Assembly: GCA_964632435.1 (NCBI GenBank)
Contig: CAZWEJ010000001.1
Span: 1,052 to 65,051 of the forward strand
Source: an uncultured Candidatus Saccharimonadales bacterium
Lineage (GTDB): Bacteria; Patescibacteriota; Saccharimonadia; UBA4664; SCTI01
Reading direction: 5' to 3'
DNA: 64,000 bases
Notes under the pieces: model-generated
The model's input: only the letters and a program-made list of their open reading frames with translations
Databases searched by the model: none
Told to the model about the DNA's origin: nothing
Position numbers and translations under genes: made by a program
Part shown: positions 28,177 through 40,252 of the stretch, one piece after another
Numbering within the stretch: position 1 is the first letter of the stretch
Layout: every line of letters begins with the position of its first letter

Positions 28177-28203
28177 TTAGCACTCTTGCATGTAGACTGC
28201 TAA
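28177..28203. promoter_or_regulatory. CIRCE (HrcA operator) upstream of clpP
   Basis: TTAGCACTC-N9-GACTGCTAA, one mismatch to consensus. Confidence 0.88.
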
Positions 28204-28259
28204 TTCGATAAAATACAAATACTGATTTTGTTCAAAACGTGACTTACAAAGGGGTGACT

Positions 28260-28865
28260 ATGACTAACCAGCGTAATCAAATACTTGTTCCAACCGTTCT
28301 CGAAAAAACCCATATGGGCGAGCGGGCCTACGATATTTATTCTCGTTTACTTAAGGACCGAATTATATTTGTCGGGACGGGAATTGACGATACTGTTGCG
28401 AATCTCGTTATCGCTCAGCTTCTCCATTTAGAGAACGAAGACCCCAAAAAAGATATTAAGATGTACATCAACTCTCCCGGCGGGTCGGTTTATGCTGGAA
28501 TGGCAATGATTGATACTATGAATTACATTAAGCCTGACGTATCGACGATCGCGATTGGGATGGCCGCCAGCATGGGCGCTGTAATGCTTGCAGCAGGCGC
28601 TAACGGTAAAAGATTTGCACTGCCCAATACAAAAATAATGATACATCAGGGCTCCGCGGGCTTTCAGGGTATGCCATCTGATATTGAAGTTACTGCTAGA
28701 GAAGTAATGGATATGCGCAAAAGATTAAGCGAAGAGCTCGCCGATGCGACAGGAAAACCCTATGATCAGATTATTAAGGACACCGACAGAGACTACTATA
28801 TGACCGCAAAAGAGGCCAAAGATTACGGCATAATTGACGGCGTAATTTCCCGTAACAACGTCTAA
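28260..28865 (+). CDS. clpP: ATP-dependent Clp protease proteolytic subunit
   Basis: [31 protein letters not shown]. Confidence 0.97.
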   Translation: MTNQRNQILVPTVLEKTHMGERAYDIYSRLLKDRIIFVGTGIDDTVANLVIAQLLHLENEDPKKDIKMYINSPGGSVYAGMAMIDTMNYIKPDVSTIAIGMAASMGAVMLAAGANGKRFALPNTKIMIHQGSAGFQGMPSDIEVTAREVMDMRKRLSEELADATGKPYDQIIKDTDRDYYMTAKEAKDYGIIDGVISRNNV

Positions 28866-28878
28866 CATATAAAACCTG

Positions 28879-29126
28879 TTGACACATCTGTCATTATCCT
28901 GCAAAATAGGCTCTAAGAGGAAGCTTAAATCAAAAGTAGGAGTGGGCCTACTTTGTTTTTGCGTGTAGGGCTCCCGTACTTGGATAGCTGGTGCAAGTGC
29001 GAAAGTTCTAGAAGGCAAAACTCATCAATCCACACCTTAAGGATTTAGATAAACCTCTTGATTATTACTCCAGACAGCACTGGGGAAAAGCGCTATATAA
29101 ACTTAATAATCAAGAAGGAGACGGTT
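28879..29126 (+). promoter_or_regulatory. rpoB promoter and long structured 5' leader
   Basis: TTGACA at 28879; perfect 12-bp stem 29056-29067/29104-29115 abutting SD AGGAG. Confidence 0.6.
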
Positions 29127-32100
29127 TTGGCTCATACGACCCAGCGTCGATTCTTTAACAAAAACGAGGAAGTTCTTCAGCTTCCAAACCTCATCGAAAA
29201 CCAAATTAAGTCATTCGAGTGGTTTACCACCGAAGGTCTAACCGAGCTTTTCGCCGCCGTAAGCCCAATCGAGGACTTTACCGGTAAGTCTTTGGCGCTC
29301 TATTTTAAAGAGTTCCATTTTGAAGAGCCAAAGCTCGACGAGAAAACCGCTAAGATCAAAAATGCGACCTACGAGATTCCGTTGAAAGCAACGGTTGAGT
29401 TGGTTAACAAAGAAACTGGCGAAGTAAAAAGCCAGGAAATCTTCTTGGGAGATTACCCATGGATGACTCAGCGAGGCACCTTCATTATTAATGGTGTTGA
29501 GCGTGTTGTTGTCAGTCAGCTTGTTCGATCTCCAGGAGTATTCTTTACCGCCGAAAATGCCGGTGGTGATTTGCTCTACGGTGCCAAGGTTATTCCTGAT
29601 CGAGGCGCATGGCTTGAGTTTGATACCGCTGCTAATGGCGTAATTAGCGTAAAGATTGATCGTAAGCGAAAGATCCCTGTGACAACTTTGCTTCGTGCTT
29701 TCGGCTATACCGAGAATAAAGAGATCGAAAATCTATTCAAGGATGTAGATACTGGCGACATCAAATTCATCAAGGAAACACTTGATAAAGATGCCACCAG
29801 CAATATGAGTGAAGCTCTGATGGAGGTTTACCGACGCATCCGCCCAGGCGACCTCGCTACAGTTGAGAATTCAAAGACCCTTATTGAGGGAATGTTCTTT
29901 GACCCTAAGCGCTACGATTTCAGCAAAGTTGGTCGATTTAAGATCAACAAGCGACTTAAGCTTGATGTCGCAAACACTGTTGAGAATCGAATCTTCCGAC
30001 GCGAGGATCTCGTTGAGATTATCAAAGAGATTGTTCGCCTCAATAACGACCCAAATGCACGTCCAGATGATATCGATAACCTCGCAAACCGACGCCTTCG
30101 CAGCGTGGGCGAGCTTATTCAGGGTAAATTCCGTGTTGGACTGCTTCGAATGGAGCGCAACGTTAAAGACAGAATGTCGGTCTACGATCGAGAAACTGTT
30201 ACTCCTGGTCAGTTGATTAATGTTCGTCCTATTGTTGCTAGCGTTAAGGAATTCTTCGCTAGCTCGCAGCTCAGCCAGTTCATGAACCAAGTCAACCCGC
30301 TTGCAGAAATTGCTCATAAGCGACGTGTGACTGCTATGGGTTCGGGTGGTTTAAGCCGAGAGCGAGCCGGTTTTGAAGTTCGCGACGTTCACAGAAGCCA
30401 CTACGGCCGACTTTGCCCAATTGAGACCCCAGAAGGTCCAAACGTAGGACTGGTTTCTAACATGGCTAGCTATACTCGAGTAAACGAGTATGGTTTCCTA
30501 GAGACTCCTTATCGAAAAGTTGTGAACATGGTAAAGCCTGCTGATGCAGCGGGTCATATTGCGCGCTCAACCATCAAAGACGCCAAGGGCGCCGCTATCG
30601 TTAAGCCTGGCGACAAGATAAGCGAAGCTGATGCCAAGAAGCTCAGCAAGCTTGATGTTGAGACAATCCCTGTTAAAGCCCGAGTTACAAGCGAAGTTGT
30701 ATATATGGATGCAGCCGATGAAGCAGAAGCTGTAATTACCGAAGCAGCAACCAAGATTGATGACAACGGCTACTTTACAAATTCTCGTGTTCCTGTTCGA
30801 AAAGCTGGTGAAACTGTCGAATCAGACGCAAACCAAGTCCAGTACATGGACGTTTCAACTCGACAAATCGTATCCGTATCAACTGCGTTGATCCCATTCA
30901 TTGAGCACGACGATCCAAAGCGCGCATTGATGGGTGCAAACATGCAGAAACAAGCAGTTGCCCTGGTCAAGCCGCAGGCTCCAGTTGTTGGAACCGGTAT
31001 GGAGCAGGTTGTTGCTCGAGACTCAGCGCAAATTATTGCGGCTGAGGATAACGGTGAGGTTGTTAGCGCAACTGCTTCCGAAATCGTTGTTAAATATGCA
31101 AAGCTTGGCGAAAAGCGCTACGAGTTAACAAAGTTTGCACGAAGTAACGAAGGAACCAGCGTCAACCAAAAGGTTGTGGTTTCAAGCGGCGACAAGGTAA
31201 AGAAGGGTGATCTTCTTGCTGATGGTATGTCGACCGAGGACGGAGAATTGGCATTGGGTCAGAATGTTCTCGTAGCTTTCATGAGCTGGGGAGGTTACAA
31301 CTTTGAGGATGCCATCATCATCAGTCAACGACTGGTACATGATGATCGCTACAGCTCAATTCATATCGAAACCCACACATTTGATGTTCGAGATACCAAG
31401 CTAGGACCAGAAATTGTAACTCGCGATATTCCTAACGTAAGTGAGGATAGCCTAAAGGATCTTGATGAGGCAGGAATTGTTCGAATCGGCGCAGAGGTAT
31501 CTGCGGGAGACATTCTTGTTGGAAAGATCACTCCAAAGGGCGAGCAGGAGCTTTCCAGTGAGGAGCGGCTTCTTCGAGCAATCTTTGGAGAGAAGGCTCG
31601 TGATGTAAAAGACACCAGTCTGCGAATGCCAAACGGTGAGCGCGGAAAAGTTGTTGGCGTAAAGATCTTTAGCCGAGAGAATGGCGATGAGCTTTCTGCA
31701 GGAGTTATTGAGCAGTACCACGTATCGGTTGCTCAAATGCGCAAGATTAGCGCCGGTGACAAGATGGCCGGACGACACGGTAACAAGGGTGTTGTAGCTC
31801 GAATCGTTCCAGTTGAGGATATGCCTTACATGGAAGACGGTACACCAGTTGATATCATCCTCAACCCACTTGGAGTTAGCGCTCGTATGAACATCGGTCA
31901 GGTATTTGAGACCCATATGGGTCTGGCCGCTCAAGCCCTTGGTTACAAGGTTGCTACACCAGTGTTCAACGGTGTTTCAATTAATCAGGTTAAAGATGAG
32001 CTCAAGAAAGCTGGCTATGCCGAAGACGGAAAGATGCAGTTGTTTGACGGTAAGACCGGTGAGGCATTCCAGGAACGAACAACCGTTGGTTACAAGTACA

Positions 32101-32642
32101 TGTTGAAGCTCGACCACATGGTTGACGATAAGCTTCATGCTCGATCAACTGGTCCATACGCCATGGTCACTCAACAGCCACTCGGTGGTAAAGCCCAGCG
32201 TGGTGGACAGCGATTCGGAGAAATGGAAGTTTGGGCGCTCGAAGCATACGGTGCCGCGAATACACTTCAGGAAATACTGACAATTAAGTCGGACGATGTT
32301 GTTGGACGATCAAAAGCCTATGAGGCGATCATTAAGGCTGAGGAAATCCGAGGACCACGTATCCCTGAGAGCTTCAATGTTTTGGTCAAGGAACTACAGA
32401 GTTTAGGTTTAGGGGTTGATCTCCTTACAGAAGGAGCTGAAGAACAGGAAGTTGATGCCGAAAGCGTACTTGCTCATGAGACTCACGAAGAGGCAAATGA
32501 GCTTGGTGATGACAAATTAATTCAAGGCGAAGACGCCGTAGCTGATATGCCGCTAGTTGATCTGGCCGGCGGTCAAGAGGACCAGCTCCAGGCAGAAGCA
32601 GAGGCTGCTGAAGAAACAGTAGCCGCGGAGCAGGAGGCGTAA
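29127..32642 (+). CDS. rpoB: RNA polymerase beta subunit
   Basis: [39 protein letters not shown]; TTG start after AGGAG. Confidence 0.99.
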   Translation: MAHTTQRRFFNKNEEVLQLPNLIENQIKSFEWFTTEGLTELFAAVSPIEDFTGKSLALYFKEFHFEEPKLDEKTAKIKNATYEIPLKATVELVNKETGEVKSQEIFLGDYPWMTQRGTFIINGVERVVVSQLVRSPGVFFTAENAGGDLLYGAKVIPDRGAWLEFDTAANGVISVKIDRKRKIPVTTLLRAFGYTENKEIENLFKDVDTGDIKFIKETLDKDATSNMSEALMEVYRRIRPGDLATVENSKTLIEGMFFDPKRYDFSKVGRFKINKRLKLDVANTVENRIFRREDLVEIIKEIVRLNNDPNARPDDIDNLANRRLRSVGELIQGKFRVGLLRMERNVKDRMSVYDRETVTPGQLINVRPIVASVKEFFASSQLSQFMNQVNPLAEIAHKRRVTAMGSGGLSRERAGFEVRDVHRSHYGRLCPIETPEGPNVGLVSNMASYTRVNEYGFLETPYRKVVNMVKPADAAGHIARSTIKDAKGAAIVKPGDKISEADAKKLSKLDVETIPVKARVTSEVVYMDAADEAEAVITEAATKIDDNGYFTNSRVPVRKAGETVESDANQVQYMDVSTRQIVSVSTALIPFIEHDDPKRALMGANMQKQAVALVKPQAPVVGTGMEQVVARDSAQIIAAEDNGEVVSATASEIVVKYAKLGEKRYELTKFARSNEGTSVNQKVVVSSGDKVKKGDLLADGMSTEDGELALGQNVLVAFMSWGGYNFEDAIIISQRLVHDDRYSSIHIETHTFDVRDTKLGPEIVTRDIPNVSEDSLKDLDEAGIVRIGAEVSAGDILVGKITPKGEQELSSEERLLRAIFGEKARDVKDTSLRMPNGERGKVVGVKIFSRENGDELSAGVIEQYHVSVAQMRKISAGDKMAGRHGNKGVVARIVPVEDMPYMEDGTPVDIILNPLGVSARMNIGQVFETHMGLAAQALGYKVATPVFNGVSINQVKDELKKAGYAEDGKMQLFDGKTGEAFQERTTVGYKYMLKLDHMVDDKLHARSTGPYAMVTQQPLGGKAQRGGQRFGEMEVWALEAYGAANTLQEILTIKSDDVVGRSKAYEAIIKAEEIRGPRIPESFNVLVKELQSLGLGVDLLTEGAEEQEVDAESVLAHETHEEANELGDDKLIQGEDAVADMPLVDLAGGQEDQLQAEAEAAEETVAAEQEA

Positions 32643-32643
32643 A

Positions 32644-35600
32644 ATGGAGAAGACTTTGGAACATACAGGAACAGAATTTAACGCAGTTCGCCTAAGTCTG
32701 GCGAGCCCAAAGCAAATTCTTGATTGGTCACACGGCGAGATTACTAAGCCAGAAACCATCAACTATCGAACTCAGAAGCCAGAAAAAGACGGTTTGTTCT
32801 GCGAAAGAATCTTTGGACCAACTAAGGACTGGGAGTGCTATTGCGGTAAGTACAAGCGAATCAGATACAAGGATGTTGTTTGTGATAAGTGTGGTGTACG
32901 CGTTACGCGAAGTATTGTTCGACGAGAGCGAATGGGCCACATCAGCCTTGCCGTACCTGTAACTCACATCTGGTTCTTGCGAGGTACTCCAAGTTCAATT
33001 GGATTGGTCCTCAATATGAGCATTCGCGATCTTGAGCGAGTTGCATACTTTGCCAACTACGTTGTTACAGAAGTTGATGACGACCGCCGAAAAGCGGCAA
33101 TAGCTGATTTGGAAGCAGACTATAAGGGCCGAATGAACGACATTGTTAAAGATCACGAAAAGAAGGCTGGCGAGAAAGACGCCGACGTTAAAGAAGTTGC
33201 AGCAGCTCAGACACGTGAACTCAACGACCTTGAGGCTAGTTACGAGAGCGCAAAGAGCGAACTAGAAGGTCTTGCCCGACTTACTCTTTTAACGGAGTCC
33301 AAGTATCGTGACCTGAACCTTAAGTACGGTGATGTATTTAAGGCTGATATTGGCGCAGAAGCCATTCGTAACCTCCTTACCGAGATTGATGTAGATAAGC
33401 TTGTTGAAGAGCTTACAAAGGAAGCCGAAGAGTCGGTTGGGCAGAAGAAAAAGAAGACCCTAAAGAGACTTAAGATGCTTGAAGGTCTAAGAAATGCCGG
33501 AATTCGTCCCGAGTGGATGGTTATGACCGAGCTCCCTGTAATTCCACCAGATCTACGACCAATGGTTCAGCTCGCGGGTGGTCGATTCGCCGCCTCTGAC
33601 CTCAATGACCTTTATCGGCGCGTTATCAACCGAAATAACCGCTTGAAGCGACTTATTGAGCTCGATGCGCCAGAAGTTATTCGCCGAAACGAAAAGCGAA
33701 TGCTCCAGGAGGCAGTCGACGCCTTAATCGATAACAATGCCCGACGTGAGCGCGCAGTCTCCAGCACGGGAACTCGCCGCAAGCTTAAGAGCCTCAGCGA
33801 CATGCTCAAGGGTAAGCAGGGCCGTTTCCGCCAGAACCTCCTTGGAAAGCGCGTTGACTACTCTGGACGATCAGTTATTGTTGCCGGTCCAACTCTAAAG
33901 ATCTACGAATGTGGTCTTCCTAAGATGATGGCTCTTGAGCTGTTCAAGCCATTCGTTATGTCCAAGCTTATCGAAGAGGGTCACGCTCATAACGTTAAGA
34001 GCGCTGGCCGAATGATTGAGCGAGCTCGAACAGAAGTTTGGGACGCACTCGAAGAGATCATTAAGGAAAAGCATGTTCTTCTTAACCGTGCGCCAACCCT
34101 TCACCGACTCGGAATCCAGGCGTTTAAGCCGGTTTTGATCGAAGGTAAGGCAATTCAGCTACATCCGCTCGTATGTTCTGCCTTCAACGCAGACTTCGAT
34201 GGTGACCAGATGGCTGTCCACGTTCCATTAAGCGATGCTGCCCAAAAAGAGGCTCGTGAGATCATGCTTGCATCCCACAACCTATTGAAGCCAGCTGATG
34301 GCGCCGCGGTAGTTAATCCAAGCCAGGATATGGTTCTTGGTTGCTACTACCTAACTTACGATAAGTTTAAAGACGAGAAGCCAGTTAAGAACTTCACTGA
34401 CAAGAATGAGGCAATTTACGCCCTAGATACGGGAGTAATTAACCTTCAGTCTAAGATTACTGTTCCTATTGAAGGTGAACGACTAGAAACAACCGTCGGT
34501 CGAATCCTGTTCAACAATTTGATGCCAGATGAGATTGAGTTCCGAAACGAAACTATGACCAAGAAGAAGCTGCAAGCTCTTGTAGCAGAAATCTTCGTTA
34601 AGTCTGGCCCTGAGGCAACTGCTAAGGTTGTTGATGACATCAAAGACCTTGGGTTCAAGCACGCTACAAACAGTGGTATCTCAATCGGTATCGATGACTT
34701 CATCGTTCCAGGTAACAAGCAGGAGCTCATTGACCAAGGTGAAAACCAGGTCGTTGAGATCAGCCAGCAGTATGAGATGGGCTTGATTACAGAGGATGAG
34801 CGCTACCGAAGAACTATTGAAGCGTGGCAGAAGACCAACGATGAAATTCGATCTGAGCTAGAATCAACTCTTGATGAGGCAACCATTGGATTGTTCGTAG
34901 AGTCAGGCGCTCGCGGTGACCTGAGCCAGGTTAACCAGATCTCCGGTATGTTGGGACTTGTAAACAACCCAACCGGCCGAATCATTGAGTTGCCAGTCCG
35001 CTCAAACTACAAAGAAGGTTTTTCAACTCTCGAGTACTTCAGCTCAACCCACGGTGCAAGAAAGGGTCTAACCGACACTGCTCTTAGAACCGCTGAGTCA
35101 GGCTACCTAACCCGTCGCTTGGTAGACGTTTCGCAAGACGTTATCGTTACCGAACTCGACTGTGGCGACAAAGAAGGTAACCTTATCAACCGAGTTGAAT
35201 CTGCAGCCATGGGTGAGGGCTTTGCCGCTCGACTCGCCGGACGCTTTGCTGCTAAAGACATCAAGGTTGATGGTAAGACAATCGTTAAGGCTCGTAATTT
35301 AATTACTGATGAGATCGCCAATGAGATCGTTGAGAGCTCGGTTGAGGAGGTCTCAGTTCGATCGGTGCTTAAATGTAAGACCCAATGGGGTATCTGCCAG
35401 AAGTGTTACGGTGTTGACCTAGCCCGTGGCCAGATCGTTAAGATGGGTGAACCAGTAGGCGTTATCGCCGCTCAGTCAATCGGTGAGCCAGGAACTCAGC
35501 TAACCATGCGTACCTTCCACAAGGGTGTGGCCGCGACAGGAGCCGACATTACTCAAGGTCTACCTCGAGTTGAAGAAATCTTTGAAGCCCGTTCGCCTAA

Positions 35601-36522
35601 GGGACAGGCAATCCTAGCCGAAGCTGATGGCGTTGTAAGCGTCAAAGAAAGTGGCGGTAAGACGATTATTCGTGTAACCCCTGCCAACTTGAAGATTACT
35701 GAATACGAGCTTGGTGAGAGGATCCCAGAAGTTAAGACCGGCGATAAGGTTCTGCCAGGAGATATCATGGCAGCCGACGGTAAAGGCAAGAAGGCTCTCA
35801 AAGCTAAGGCTGAAGGTACTGTTGAAGTAACCAAGACCAAGATTTTGCTCACCCATGCAGGTGGAGCACATCGAGATCACACGGTTCCTGCTTATCAGGC
35901 AGTTGAGGTCAAGAATGGCGACCTTGTTGTACGAGGTCAGCGTTTAACCGAAGGTTCAATCAACCTTCAAGACATGCTTACTCTTCTTGGGGAAGAGGCA
36001 GTTCAGCGATATATCGTTTCCGAAGTTCAGTCTATCTACGCTTCACAGGGTCAGGCTATTGCTGATAAGCACATCGAGATCATCATTCGACAGATGTTCT
36101 CACGTGTACAGATTGAGGACCCAGGCGACAGCTTGTTTGTAACCGGCGACATCGTCAGTAAGGTAAGCGTCGTTGAAGAAAATGAAGAGCTATCAGCTGC
36201 TGGCAAAAAGCCTGCAACATACGAGCAGCTCTTACTCCCAATCACTAAGATTTCAATCTCGTCAGATTCGTTCCTTAGCGCTGCAAGCTTTCAGGACACC
36301 AGTCGTGTACTGATTGCAGCAGCAATCCGAGGTAAGCTCGATAAGCTCCGCGGCTTGAAGGAGAACGTGATCATCGGTCGATTGATCCCAGTTGGAACCG
36401 GATTTAAAGACGATGATGAGGTGGAAGAGGTTAAAGAGCCGGTAGCCGTCGGTGCAGAGACCGATGCGCAAGCTGGATTATCTAGCAGCGACCCAGATCA
36501 ACAGATTGACGAGAAAGAATAA
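32644..36522 (+). CDS. rpoC: RNA polymerase beta' subunit
   Basis: NADFDGDQM, Zn finger CYCGKYK...[17 protein letters not shown]. Confidence 0.99.
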   Translation: MEKTLEHTGTEFNAVRLSLASPKQILDWSHGEITKPETINYRTQKPEKDGLFCERIFGPTKDWECYCGKYKRIRYKDVVCDKCGVRVTRSIVRRERMGHISLAVPVTHIWFLRGTPSSIGLVLNMSIRDLERVAYFANYVVTEVDDDRRKAAIADLEADYKGRMNDIVKDHEKKAGEKDADVKEVAAAQTRELNDLEASYESAKSELEGLARLTLLTESKYRDLNLKYGDVFKADIGAEAIRNLLTEIDVDKLVEELTKEAEESVGQKKKKTLKRLKMLEGLRNAGIRPEWMVMTELPVIPPDLRPMVQLAGGRFAASDLNDLYRRVINRNNRLKRLIELDAPEVIRRNEKRMLQEAVDALIDNNARRERAVSSTGTRRKLKSLSDMLKGKQGRFRQNLLGKRVDYSGRSVIVAGPTLKIYECGLPKMMALELFKPFVMSKLIEEGHAHNVKSAGRMIERARTEVWDALEEIIKEKHVLLNRAPTLHRLGIQAFKPVLIEGKAIQLHPLVCSAFNADFDGDQMAVHVPLSDAAQKEAREIMLASHNLLKPADGAAVVNPSQDMVLGCYYLTYDKFKDEKPVKNFTDKNEAIYALDTGVINLQSKITVPIEGERLETTVGRILFNNLMPDEIEFRNETMTKKKLQALVAEIFVKSGPEATAKVVDDIKDLGFKHATNSGISIGIDDFIVPGNKQELIDQGENQVVEISQQYEMGLITEDERYRRTIEAWQKTNDEIRSELESTLDEATIGLFVESGARGDLSQVNQISGMLGLVNNPTGRIIELPVRSNYKEGFSTLEYFSSTHGARKGLTDTALRTAESGYLTRRLVDVSQDVIVTELDCGDKEGNLINRVESAAMGEGFAARLAGRFAAKDIKVDGKTIVKARNLITDEIANEIVESSVEEVSVRSVLKCKTQWGICQKCYGVDLARGQIVKMGEPVGVIAAQSIGEPGTQLTMRTFHKGVAATGADITQGLPRVEEIFEARSPKGQAILAEADGVVSVKESGGKTIIRVTPANLKITEYELGERIPEVKTGDKVLPGDIMAADGKGKKALKAKAEGTVEVTKTKILLTHAGGAHRDHTVPAYQAVEVKNGDLVVRGQRLTEGSINLQDMLTLLGEEAVQRYIVSEVQSIYASQGQAIADKHIEIIIRQMFSRVQIEDPGDSLFVTGDIVSKVSVVEENEELSAAGKKPATYEQLLLPITKISISSDSFLSAASFQDTSRVLIAAAIRGKLDKLRGLKENVIIGRLIPVGTGFKDDDEVEEVKEPVAVGAETDAQAGLSSSDPDQQIDEKE

Positions 36523-36556
36523 ATCTGATTAACTAGTTAGGTCTAAGGAAACATAC

Positions 36557-36973
36557 ATGCCGACAATCAACCAATTAATTCGCAAACCACGCAAGGATAA
36601 GCCAAGAAAGTCAAACACACCGGCCCTTGGTAAAAACCTCAATGCGCTCAAGAGCAAGACTTATTCACAGTCTTCTCCTCTTAAGCGTGGTGTTTGCACC
36701 AAAGTCTCGACTACTACTCCTAAGAAGCCAAACTCGGCTTTAAGGAAGATTGCTCGTGTCCGGTTGACCAACGGCATGGAAGTTACCGCCTACATCGGTG
36801 GTGAAGGCCATAACCTTCAAGAGCACAGCGTTGTATTGATCCGTGGAGGTCGTGTAAAGGACCTTCCTGGTGTTCGATACCATATCGTACGCGGTGCTCT
36901 TGATACCGCCGGTGTTGGGAACCGTAAGCAAGGCCGAAGTAAGTACGGCACTAAGAAAGCTAAAAGCGAATAA
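36557..36973 (+). CDS. rpsL: 30S ribosomal protein S12
   Basis: [27 protein letters not shown]. Confidence 0.99.
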   Translation: MPTINQLIRKPRKDKPRKSNTPALGKNLNALKSKTYSQSSPLKRGVCTKVSTTTPKKPNSALRKIARVRLTNGMEVTAYIGGEGHNLQEHSVVLIRGGRVKDLPGVRYHIVRGALDTAGVGNRKQGRSKYGTKKAKSE

Positions 36974-37040
36974 TTAAAGCATGACAGCCCTCCGGCTTTT
37001 GGTCCGGGGTTAGGGCAGTATCGAGAAGGAGAAGAAGCTC

Positions 37041-37517
37041 ATGCCAAGAAAAAAGACTAAATCATTTAAGCGCGATATCACTCCTGATATCAAGTACAAC
37101 AACGTTATGGTTGCTCGTATGATTAACAAGATTATGCGAAGTGGTAAAAAACGACTCGCCGAGGGGTTGATGTATGGCGCTATGGAAGAGATTCAAACAA
37201 AGCTCAAGACTGAACCAGTTGAAGTTTTTGAGCAGGCAATTAAAAACGTATCCCCGCAAGTTCAAGTTCGAGCTAAGCGTATAGGTGGAGCAACCTACCA
37301 GGTTCCGATGGAAGTTCGCGGCGACCGCAAGCTTCACCTTGCGATGACCTGGATTTTGACGGCTGCTAGAAGCAAATCAGGTAAATCATTCGATAAACTC
37401 CTTGCTCAAGAATTGATGGACGCCTACAACAATCAGGGTGATGCTATCAAGAAGAAAGAGGATACTCACAAGATGGCCGAAGCCAACAAGGCATTCGCTC
37501 ACTTTGCGCGATACTAA
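37041..37517 (+). CDS. rpsG: 30S ribosomal protein S7
   Basis: RIGGATYQVP, HKMAEANKAFAH. Confidence 0.98.
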   Translation: MPRKKTKSFKRDITPDIKYNNVMVARMINKIMRSGKKRLAEGLMYGAMEEIQTKLKTEPVEVFEQAIKNVSPQVQVRAKRIGGATYQVPMEVRGDRKLHLAMTWILTAARSKSGKSFDKLLAQELMDAYNNQGDAIKKKEDTHKMAEANKAFAHFARY

Positions 37518-37535
37518 ACTAAGAGTAGGAAAGAA

Positions 37536-39617
37536 ATGGCACGAGATTATAGCTTAGAAAGAACTCGAAATATTGGCATCATCGCCCACATTGATGCTGG
37601 TAAAACTACTGTAACCGAGGGCATCCTCTATCGAACCGGACGCGTCCACAAGATTGGTGAAGTCCATGAAGGTGAGGCAACAATGGACTGGATGGAGCAA
37701 GAGCGCGAGCGAGGTATCACTATTACCTCTGCGGCTACTACTTGTTTCTGGAATGAGCACCGGATCAACATTATCGATACTCCGGGCCACATCGACTTTA
37801 CAGTTGAGGTCGAGCGCTCGTTGCGAGTTCTCGACGGTGCAGTAACCGTTTTCGACGGCAAGATGGGCGTGGAGCCACAGAGTGAAACCGTTTGGCGACA
37901 GGCTGACAAGTACGGCGTGCCTCGCATCTGCTTTATCAATAAGATCAACCAAACTGGTGGGGACTTCTACAAGAGCCTCGAAAGCATCCATGAGCGACTA
38001 AGCAAGCGTGCGTATGCGATTCACCTTCCGATCGGTTTCGAGCAGGAAATCAATGGAATTGTCGACCTTGTTGAGATGAAGGCTTACACCTACAAGAACT
38101 ACACCGATAAGACTCTAACTGAAACTGAAATTCCAGCCGATATGAAGGAAAAGGCTGAGCGATACCGAAACCATCTAATTGAAGCAGCGGTTGAAGCCGA
38201 TGATGCCATGATGGAAAAATATCTTGAAGGCAACGAACTCTCGATTGATGAGCTAAAAATGCTCATCCGCAAAAGCGTTCTTTCAGGTGAATTTTATGCT
38301 GTCTCTGGTGGCGATGGTCGCGGAGTTATAGTTGAGAAACTTCTTGATGCTGTTGTTGATTACCTTCCAAGCCCGCTTGATGTCCCGGCAGTAACTGGAA
38401 CTGATCCAAAGACTGGTGATACTATCGAGCGAAAAGCTAGCGATGAAGAGCCATTTTCAGCACTTGCCTTTAAGATTGCAACCGACCCATTCGTAGGTAA
38501 GCTTGCCTTCTTCCGAGTGTATTCAGGAACGATAAAATCAGGCTCCTATATTCTGAACTCAAGCACAGGCGAAAAAGAGCGTGTCGGGCGAATTCTTCGA
38601 ATGCACGCTAACTCACGAGAAGAAGTTCAAGAGGTGTTTGCAGGTGAAATTGCTGCCGCTGTTGGCCTCAAGGGCACTACTACAGGTAACACATTGAGTG
38701 AGCAGTCAAAGCCAATCATTCTTGAATCAATTACCTTCCCAGAGCCAGTTATCCAGATAGCAATCGAGCCTAAGACAAAAGCCGACCAGGAAAAGATGAG
38801 TATTGCGCTCCAGAGATTAGCCGAAGAAGATCCAACCTTCCGAGTTTCAACCAACCACGAGACGGGTCAAACCTTGATCGCCGGTATGGGTGAGCTTCAT
38901 CTCGACATCATCGTTGATCGCATGAAGCGCGAGTTTAAAGTTGAAGCCAACGTCGGTCGACCCCAAGTTGCATATCGAGAAACTATTCGAAAACCCGCTC
39001 AGGTCGAAGGAAAGTTTGTTCGACAGTCAGGTGGTCGTGGTCAGTATGGACACGTTTGGCTTGAGCTTACTCCTCAAGAGCCTGGTGCCGGGTTTGAATT
39101 CGAAAACGCCATTGTTGGTGGAGTTGTACCTAGAGAGTACATCAAGCCAGTTGAAGAGGGCGTCAAAGAAGCTATGAACAATGGAGTTCTTGCTGGTTAC
39201 CCAGTAGTTGACCTTAAGGCGAAACTTTACGATGGTTCATATCACGATGTTGACTCAAGCGAAATGGCCTTCAAGATTGCTGGTTCAATGGCACTTCAAG
39301 AGGGTGTTCGTAAGGGAGACCCAGCTTTACTAGAGCCTGTTATGAAGGTTGAAGTAACAACACCAGAGGAGTTCATGGGCGATGTCATCGGTGACCTAAA
39401 CAGTAAACGCGGTCGTGTTCAAGAGATGACCGATCGTGGTCAGGCCAAAGTTGTAAGCGCATTTGTGCCGTTAGCCGAGATGTTTGGGTACACCACTACC
39501 CTTCGATCAATGACTCAAGGTCGTGCAGCAAACTCAATGGAGTTTGACCACTATGCCGAAGTGCCACCAAATGTAGCTCAGGAGATTATCGGTAAACACG
39601 CTGCTGCAAAAGCTTAA
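37536..39617 (+). CDS. fusA: Elongation factor G (atypical G4/G5)
   Basis: [37 protein letters not shown]; position in the str operon. Confidence 0.98.
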   Translation: MARDYSLERTRNIGIIAHIDAGKTTVTEGILYRTGRVHKIGEVHEGEATMDWMEQERERGITITSAATTCFWNEHRINIIDTPGHIDFTVEVERSLRVLDGAVTVFDGKMGVEPQSETVWRQADKYGVPRICFINKINQTGGDFYKSLESIHERLSKRAYAIHLPIGFEQEINGIVDLVEMKAYTYKNYTDKTLTETEIPADMKEKAERYRNHLIEAAVEADDAMMEKYLEGNELSIDELKMLIRKSVLSGEFYAVSGGDGRGVIVEKLLDAVVDYLPSPLDVPAVTGTDPKTGDTIERKASDEEPFSALAFKIATDPFVGKLAFFRVYSGTIKSGSYILNSSTGEKERVGRILRMHANSREEVQEVFAGEIAAAVGLKGTTTGNTLSEQSKPIILESITFPEPVIQIAIEPKTKADQEKMSIALQRLAEEDPTFRVSTNHETGQTLIAGMGELHLDIIVDRMKREFKVEANVGRPQVAYRETIRKPAQVEGKFVRQSGGRGQYGHVWLELTPQEPGAGFEFENAIVGGVVPREYIKPVEEGVKEAMNNGVLAGYPVVDLKAKLYDGSYHDVDSSEMAFKIAGSMALQEGVRKGDPALLEPVMKVEVTTPEEFMGDVIGDLNSKRGRVQEMTDRGQAKVVSAFVPLAEMFGYTTTLRSMTQGRAANSMEFDHYAEVPPNVAQEIIGKHAAAKA

Positions 39618-39641
39618 GACAAAAAGATATCCCAAATAACT

Positions 39642-39666
39642 AAATCGGCCTTCACCGGCCGATTTT
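39642..39666 (+). terminator. Terminator after fusA
   Basis: AAATCGGCC-TTCACC-GGCCGATTTT. Confidence 0.75.
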
Positions 39667-39700
39667 GTTATACTGACCTTGTCCTACAAAGGAGGCTTTT

Positions 39701-40033
39701 TTGATTACGCCCTTAGAGGAGTTCGACTGGGAAGAGATTTTTGCCGAGCTGGCTAGAAACCACCTGGTTTCACAAGATCAGGCCATTAGGCTCACATCTT
39801 CCAGGGCTACCTCAACTGGGAAAATCTATACGCTCTGCTGCTTTCATGACGAAAGAACTCCTTCGTTGGTGTTCTGGCCAAACTCGGGGTTCAAGTGCCA
39901 CGGGTGCGGCGAATGCGGGCGCAGCAAGCTGGACTTTCTCGAATGCCTTGGCATTTCCGAAAAAGAGATCGATCTAATGGTCGATTCCATCAACTCAAGG
40001 TCGGTCAATCAAAACCAACTCAGGCTTCTTTGA
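39701..40033 (+). CDS. Stand-alone CHC2 (primase-type) zinc-finger protein
   Basis: LCCFHDERTPSL...FKCHGCG; GGAGG SD; extended -10 TGTTATACT; C-terminus QLRLL. Confidence 0.85.
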   Translation: MITPLEEFDWEEIFAELARNHLVSQDQAIRLTSSRATSTGKIYTLCCFHDERTPSLVFWPNSGFKCHGCGECGRSKLDFLECLGISEKEIDLMVDSINSRSVNQNQLRLL

Positions 40034-40061
40034 ACCGCCTCTATTTAATTAGGGGCGGTTC
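40032..40061 (+). terminator. Hairpin after CHC2 gene
   Basis: GAACCGCCTCTA-loop-TAGGGGCGGTTC. Confidence 0.65.
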
Positions 40062-40086
40062 CAAATTGATAACCCAACCTCAACCC

Positions 40087-40252
40087 TTTACAAAGCGTAA
40101 ATTACTCCTTATACTAGTAAAGTCCAAATCAGGGCGAATATTTTTATGCCCAAAAAATATTAATTAAAGTTTCATTTTAGATAGCTGACCCGTTCGGCCC
40201 GCCCTGAAAACAGGGTTAACAATCTGAAATGAAACAAATAAAAGGAGAACGA
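40087..40252 (+). promoter_or_regulatory. tuf promoter and structured (pseudoknot-like) 5' leader
   Basis: TTTACA-17-TATACT; stem 40169-40182/40222-40235; TCAGGGCG (40129-36) complementary to CGCCCTGA (40200-07). Confidence 0.65.
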
